Source: Terriglobia bacterium | Lineage (GTDB): Bacteria; Acidobacteriota; Terriglobia; Acidiferrales; UBA7541 | DNA length: 64,000 nucleotides | NCBI GenBank assembly: GCA_963695545.1 | Contig: OY968796.1 | Location: forward strand, 1,440,001-1,504,000 | Direction of reading: 5' to 3' | Shown here: piece by piece, positions 59,701-64,000 of the stretch | How positions within the stretch are numbered: the first letter of the stretch is position 1 | How the letters are laid out: every line of letters starts with the position of its first letter | Program-made: the position numbers and the translations under genes | The notes under the pieces: model-generated | What the model was told of the DNA's origin: nothing | Databases searched by the model: none | The model's input: only the letters and a program-made list of their open reading frames with translations

Positions 59701-60191
59701 CCCCCGCCCATGGCGGCCTTGAGCATCACGGGATAGCCGAGTTTCGCCGCGGTGCGCCGCGCTTCTTCCGGCGAATTGACGGGCGCCTCGCTCCCCGGCA
59801 GCACCGGCACGCCGACAGACTCGGCCAGACGGCGCGCCGAGGTTTTGTCGCCGAGCATTTCGAGAAGTTCCGGCGTCGGTCCGATGAAAGTGATGCCGGC
59901 TTTCTGGCAAGCGCGCGCGAACGCGGGATTTTCGGAGAGAAACCCGTAACCGGGATGAATCGCGTCCACGTTTTTTTCAAGCGCGAGCGCAACGATGCCG
60001 TCGATATCGAGATACGCTTCGACCGGACCTTTTCCCTCGCCGATCAGATACGCTTCATCGGCCTTGAACCGATGCAAGCTCAGCCGATCTTCCTGGGAAT
60101 AAATCGCAACCGTGCGCAGACCGAGTTCATCGGCGGCGCGCAGGATGCGAATCGCGATTTCGCTGCGGTTGGCTGCCAGGATTTTTTTCAT
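56751..60191 (-). CDS. pyc: Pyruvate carboxylase
   Basis: ANRSEIA, HPGYGFLSEN, RDCSVQRRHQK, RDAHQSL, IKDMAG, HFHTH, KVTPSSK, EAMKM biotin site. Confidence 0.97.
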   Translation of the reverse strand: MKKILAANRSEIAIRILRAADELGLRTVAIYSQEDRLSLHRFKADEAYLIGEGKGPVEAYLDIDGIVALALEKNVDAIHPGYGFLSENPAFARACQKAGITFIGPTPELLEMLGDKTSARRLAESVGVPVLPGSEAPVNSPEEARRTAAKLGYPVMLKAAMGGGGRGMRIVREAGELDALLEEAQGEALGAFGDASVFIEKYLARARHIEVQILGDDHGKVLHLWERDCSVQRRHQKVIEVAPAANLDPSIRRELCAAAVRLMKGAGYRNAGTVEFLLDADSGRWYFIEVNPRIQVEHTVTEVVTGIDIVRSQILVAQGHHLHQAPLGLPQQDAVPLYGSALQCRVTTEDPENNFAPDYGKLTTYRSPAGFGIRLDGGTAYAGAALSPYYDSLLVKVTAWGITLPEACQRMDRALREFRIRGVKTNIPFLENVVHHPTFQSGGVTTRFLDESPELFRMPRRADRATKLLAYLGDVILNGNPEVKGKTAPGVFEIAPIPHFPAAAPPPGSRQLLLSLGPKRFAEWARNEKRLLFTDTTFRDAHQSLLATRVRTRDLLATAPAVAHRLSNLFSLEMWGGATFDTALRFLHEDPWQRLRELRASVPNICLQMLLRGANAVGYTSYPDNVVAAFVHEAHRQGIDIFRIFDSLNSIENMRVAMDAALEIGAVCEPAICYTGDILDASRPKYSLSYYVKMAKELEKLGAHFLAIKDMAGLCKPYAAFQLVKALREEIGIPVHFHTHDSSGLAGASVLMAADAGVDVADAAVAAMSGGTSQPNLNSLVESLRHTPREAGLDIEALNECSDYWEVVRRYYAPFDTGPTTGSARIYQHEIPGGQYTNLREQAESMGLGHRWHEVERAYAEVNQLFGDIVKVTPSSKVVGDMAMFLVANEMQPADILRLDAKHNLALPNSVVEMFAGSLGTPPGGWPKKIQRIILRGEEPHKGRPGASSPPVDLAATQSALEKREERSVHLDELLTSLLYPEVFAQYDKFRRTYSDVSVLPTPAFFYGLKPGDEITAEIESGKSLIIKFLAVGDSRPDGTRLLFFELNGQPREVTVRDRALRVEARTHPKADPADTGQVAAPTAGLISGIAVQANQLVARGAKLMTLEAMKMQSNIYAPIAGRIAKILVSTGSQVEAKDLLLTIVP

Positions 60192-60260
60192 GTGCCGGTT
60201 CCGAATCTTAGCCGAAGTTGGCGGGCCAAGGAATGCCTAAGCGGGCGCCGCCGCATTGAC

Positions 60261-61400
60261 TCAAACTTTCGCGGCGGGGACAGCGTCGAGAACTTTTTGG
60301 TAGTAGGCTTCGTAAATCGGAATGATGTCGTTCGAGCAATATTTTTTCTGTGCGTTGATACGCGCGAGCTGGCCCATCGCGCGGCCGCGGTCGGGGCTGG
60401 TCAAAATTTGCAGCGCAAATTTGGCCGCGGCCGCGACGTCGCGCGGCGCCACCAGATAACCGTCCACGCCATTTTCGACGACTTCCGGCAGGCCGCCGAC
60501 ATTCGTCGCGATCACGGGCACTTCGCACGCCATGGCTTCAAGCGCCGCCAGACCAAACGATTCCAGATCCGACGGCAGCAGAAATAAATCCGCGAGCCCC
60601 AATTTTTCCTGCACGCGATCCTGCTTGCCGAGAAACAGAACGTCGCGCCCCAAACACTTTTGCCGCACCAGCCATTCCGCCGAGGCGCGCTCCGGCCCAT
60701 CGCCGATGAGCACGAGCTTGGCGGGAATTTTCTCGCGCACCAGCGCGAAAATGTCCACAGCGTCCGTCACGCGCTTCACCGGCCGGAAATTCGACAAGTG
60801 CATCAGGATCGGTTCGCCATCGGGCGCCCACGTGGCGCGCAGTTCCATGTCGTCCGAGCGCTGATAAAGATCGCAATTCACGAAATTCGGAATCACATCG
60901 ATGGGGCGCTTGATGTTGAATTCGAGAAGCGTCTGCGCTTTCAGATAATTCGAGATCGCGGTCACGCCGTCGCTTTGCTCGATCGAAAATTTCGTGATCG
61001 GCAAATAGCTGCGGTCGTTGCCGACGAGAGTGATGTCCGTGCCATGCAGCGTGGTGATAAACGGCAAGCGCCGCGCGCCGGCCATCGACCGCGCAAGCAG
61101 CGCGCTCACCGAATGCGGAATGGCGTAGTGCACGTGAAGCAGATCGAGTTCCGCGGATTCCGCCACTTCCAGCATCTTCACCGCGAGCGCCAAAGTGTAC
61201 GGCGGATGTTGGAAGAGCGGATAATTCGTGGCCTCAACCTCATGGAAGTAAACCTGCCCGCCCGCCGGACCCATGCGGATGGGCGGCGCGTAGCTGATGA
61301 AATGTATTTCGTGGCCGCGCGCGGCGAGCTCAAGGCCCAATTCCGTGGCTACAACGCCCGATCCACCGTACGTGGGATAGCATGTGATGCCAATCTTCAT
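60261..61400 (-). CDS. bshA: N-acetyl-alpha-D-glucosaminyl L-malate synthase (bacillithiol biosynthesis)
   Basis: MKIGITCYPTYGGSGVVATELG, LHVHYAIPH, TTLHGTDIT, HLSNFRPVKR, ESFGLAALEAM. Start at ATG 61400. Confidence 0.93.
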   Translation of the reverse strand: MKIGITCYPTYGGSGVVATELGLELAARGHEIHFISYAPPIRMGPAGGQVYFHEVEATNYPLFQHPPYTLALAVKMLEVAESAELDLLHVHYAIPHSVSALLARSMAGARRLPFITTLHGTDITLVGNDRSYLPITKFSIEQSDGVTAISNYLKAQTLLEFNIKRPIDVIPNFVNCDLYQRSDDMELRATWAPDGEPILMHLSNFRPVKRVTDAVDIFALVREKIPAKLVLIGDGPERASAEWLVRQKCLGRDVLFLGKQDRVQEKLGLADLFLLPSDLESFGLAALEAMACEVPVIATNVGGLPEVVENGVDGYLVAPRDVAAAAKFALQILTSPDRGRAMGQLARINAQKKYCSNDIIPIYEAYYQKVLDAVPAAKV

Positions 61401-61579
61401 CTCTACTTCACTGTACCAGCGCGCCGCAGCTTCGGGCAATCCGCGGCGCGATGATTGCCGGCATGTGCCGCAAGCAACCTCTCAATCCCGCTCGCGGCTG
61501 CCCTGGGCGGGGTTGTGGTATATCTGTCTTGGCCACATCGCACCGCAAAAATCGCTCCCACGCATCGAGGACACGCTTC

Positions 61580-64000
61580 ATGACGGCATCGAGGCCCCGA
61601 AAAGAAACTGAATTTCTGCGCGCGCTGTTTCGCCCAATTTTCCCCGCGTTGCTGGCCATCGCACTCGCGCTCGTGGGGTTGCGCGTCGTTGCGCAGACGC
61701 CGTCCCCCGCGCAAGTTGCGATCGTTCCCGAACCCGATGCACAGGCCCTGCAAATCGACCGCGGTGCCGCTGGCCTCTGGCAGATGCTACTTAAACTGCA
61801 CACGCGCGCGAGCCTGATTCAAATCGTGGCGCACCCGGACGACGAAGACGGCGGCATGCTGACGTACGAATCGCGCGGTCAGGGCGCGCGCGTCATCTTA
61901 ATGACGCTGAATCGCGGCGAAGGCGGCCAGAACGTGATGAACGATGAATATTGGGACGCGCTGGGCCTCGACCGCACGATGGAACTGCTCGCGGCGGATC
62001 GCTACTACGGCGCGAATCAGTATTGGGGCACGGTGATCGACTACGGCTTCTCAAAAACGAAAGAAGAAGCGCTTGAGAAGTGGACGCACGAGCGTGTGCT
62101 AAGCGATGCGGTGCGCGTGGTGCGCATGACGCGTCCTCTCGTGGTGACTTCGGTCTTCGTCGGCGGACCGACGGATGGTCACGGGCATCATCAAGTCTCA
62201 GGCGAAGTGGCGCAAGAAGTTTTCAAAGCCGCGGCCGATCCGAATGCATTTCCCGAGCAGATCAAAGAAGGTCTCCGGCCATGGGCCCCGCTCAAGGTTT
62301 ACGCGCGCGTCCCCGCCAACGCCATTCGTCCGCAAGGGATTTTCGATTCCGCGAACGGGCAGTGGGCGCCCGCGCGATTTCAGGATTACGTGAATAACAC
62401 GTGGATCGAAGGCCTGCCCGCAATCAATCTTCGCGTGCCCGAAGGCACGTACGATCCGCTGCTTGGCGCGTCGTACTCCCAAATCTCGCGCGAAGGATGG
62501 GGCTTGCAGAAATCGCAGTACGGCGGACCGATCATCCAGGAAGCCGGCCCGGTTTCAACGCCGTATCACCGTTTCGGCTCGAGCGTGCAGAGCGCTGACC
62601 AGGAGCAAAACTTTTTCGACGGCATCGACGTTTCGCTCGCGGGCATCGCGGATCTCGTGAAGGATGGCGACGCGACATTCCTGCGGCAGGCGCTCGTCGC
62701 GATCAACGCGCAGGTCGAGCTGGCCATGAGCCAGTTTTCGGCCGATCACCCGGAAAAAATCGCGCCAACGCTGGCCGAAGGCTTGAAAGCCACAACGGCG
62801 CTGATCGATCAAGTGAACGCGAGCAATCTTTCCGGCGAATCGAAATACGACGTGCTGCACGAACTGCAAATCAAACAGGCGCAGTTCAACGACGCACTCG
62901 CACTCGCGCTCGGATTCGCGTTCGATGCCACCGTCGCTCCGCCGCCCGCGGGTTCCGGAGGCGGGCCCGGCGGGCCGTTTGGCGAAGGCGGAGGATTCGG
63001 ACCCGCAGCGTCATTTCAATTCGCGATCCCCGGCCAGAATTTTTATGTTCGCGTGCACGCCGCAAATCAAGGCTCGGAATCGATCGAACTCAAGCGCGTG
63101 TGGCTCGAAAACCCGCAAAGTGAAGACTGGAAATTCGAGGTTGATGGCAAAACGCAGGGCGGGCCGCTCGCCGGCGCAACGGTCGTGGACCAGCGATTCA
63201 GCGTGAGCGTTCCGGCCGACGCCGCGCCGACGGTTCCTTACTTCACGCGGCCGATCATCGAGCAGCCCTACTACGATCTGATCGACCCGCGCTATCGGAA
63301 TTTGCCGTTCGCGCCGTATCCACTTGCGGCGTGGGCCGAGTTTACTTACGACGGCGCAACGGTGCGCGTTGGGCAGCTCGTCGATACAACTTCGCGGCAA
63401 ACAGGTCTCGGCGCCGTGAAAAACCCGCTGATGGTCACGCCGGCGATTTCCATTGCGATCTCGCCGAGCGCGGGCATCGTGCCACTGGGACAAAAACAAT
63501 TCACGCTGACCGCGACGCTGAAGAGTGAGGTGAAAGGCGCGGCGCAAGGCACAGTGAAGCTCGAATTGCCCGAGGGTTGGCGCGCCACGCCCGCCAGCGC
63601 TCCGTTTGCGACGACTATTGAGGGCGAAACGCAAAGCGTGGAATTTCGCATCGTGCCGGCCGGCCTCGCGGAGAAGCAATACACGGTGACGGCCGTGGCG
63701 AACTACGACGGCAAGGATTACAAAGCCGGATTTGTGACCACGGGATATCCGGGATTGCGGCCGTACAACCTCTACTCGCCGGCGGAGTACCGTACGACCG
63801 GTGTGAACGTGAAGATGGCGAGCGGCGTCAACGTCGGATACATCGAAGGCACGGGAGACGATGTGCCGGGCGCACTCGAAGACCTGGGAGTGCACGCGCA
63901 CTTTTTGAGCGCCGAAGATATCGCGACGTCCGATCTGAAGAAATATGACGTCATCGTGATCGGAGAGCGAGCGTACTCGGTACGGCCGGAATTGGCCACG
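61580..64000 (+). CDS. Large secreted PIG-L family deacetylase with C-terminal Ig/NEW3-like domains, 3'-partial
   Basis: Not in the ORF track because it has no stop in the window; from ATG 61580: signal-like segment, AHPDDEDGG, TLNRGEGGQN, DYGFSKT, DGHGHH. Confidence 0.88.
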   Translation, partial: MTASRPRKETEFLRALFRPIFPALLAIALALVGLRVVAQTPSPAQVAIVPEPDAQALQIDRGAAGLWQMLLKLHTRASLIQIVAHPDDEDGGMLTYESRGQGARVILMTLNRGEGGQNVMNDEYWDALGLDRTMELLAADRYYGANQYWGTVIDYGFSKTKEEALEKWTHERVLSDAVRVVRMTRPLVVTSVFVGGPTDGHGHHQVSGEVAQEVFKAAADPNAFPEQIKEGLRPWAPLKVYARVPANAIRPQGIFDSANGQWAPARFQDYVNNTWIEGLPAINLRVPEGTYDPLLGASYSQISREGWGLQKSQYGGPIIQEAGPVSTPYHRFGSSVQSADQEQNFFDGIDVSLAGIADLVKDGDATFLRQALVAINAQVELAMSQFSADHPEKIAPTLAEGLKATTALIDQVNASNLSGESKYDVLHELQIKQAQFNDALALALGFAFDATVAPPPAGSGGGPGGPFGEGGGFGPAASFQFAIPGQNFYVRVHAANQGSESIELKRVWLENPQSEDWKFEVDGKTQGGPLAGATVVDQRFSVSVPADAAPTVPYFTRPIIEQPYYDLIDPRYRNLPFAPYPLAAWAEFTYDGATVRVGQLVDTTSRQTGLGAVKNPLMVTPAISIAISPSAGIVPLGQKQFTLTATLKSEVKGAAQGTVKLELPEGWRATPASAPFATTIEGETQSVEFRIVPAGLAEKQYTVTAVANYDGKDYKAGFVTTGYPGLRPYNLYSPAEYRTTGVNVKMASGVNVGYIEGTGDDVPGALEDLGVHAHFLSAEDIATSDLKKYDVIVIGERAYSVRPELAT

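Overview
GC-rich bacterial chromosomal window, most consistent with an Acidobacteriota genome (inference: ADOP-type duplicated permease, GAAC-N7-GAAC-type SOS box, lpxC, bshA). Most of it is housekeeping: lpxC, glmU, purQ-purL-purF-lepB-purM-purN-tyrS, a TolC/EmrA/EmrB efflux cluster followed by an ECF sigma and an M48 peptidase, a complete argR-C-B-D-F-G-H-J operon with ARG boxes, thiI, tRNA-Asn, an ArsR-SRPBCC-DinB unit, an SOS-boxed imuA-imuB-dnaE2 cassette, an ABC/LolA-like transporter, a GH3 glucosidase, pyc, bshA and a partial secreted PIG-L protein. The stand-out is a ~5.7 kb accessory region (about 34.4-40.1 kb). There, two REP-associated HUH/Y1 tyrosine transposases (RAYT-like) each sit in ~165-bp inverted arms with swapped A/B outer ends, and all four ends abut broken gene fragments (two RHS-core pieces, a probable toxin tip, a probable immunity-gene tail). 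The cargo is an HExxH toxin tip plus a TonB-C-like candidate immunity gene, and next to the region lies a small gene resembling archaeal/eukaryotic ribosomal protein eL13. Two dispersed non-coding repeat families (a 27-bp tandem unit and a ~63-bp element) each occur twice. All family assignments come from motif recognition by eye; no database searches were run.
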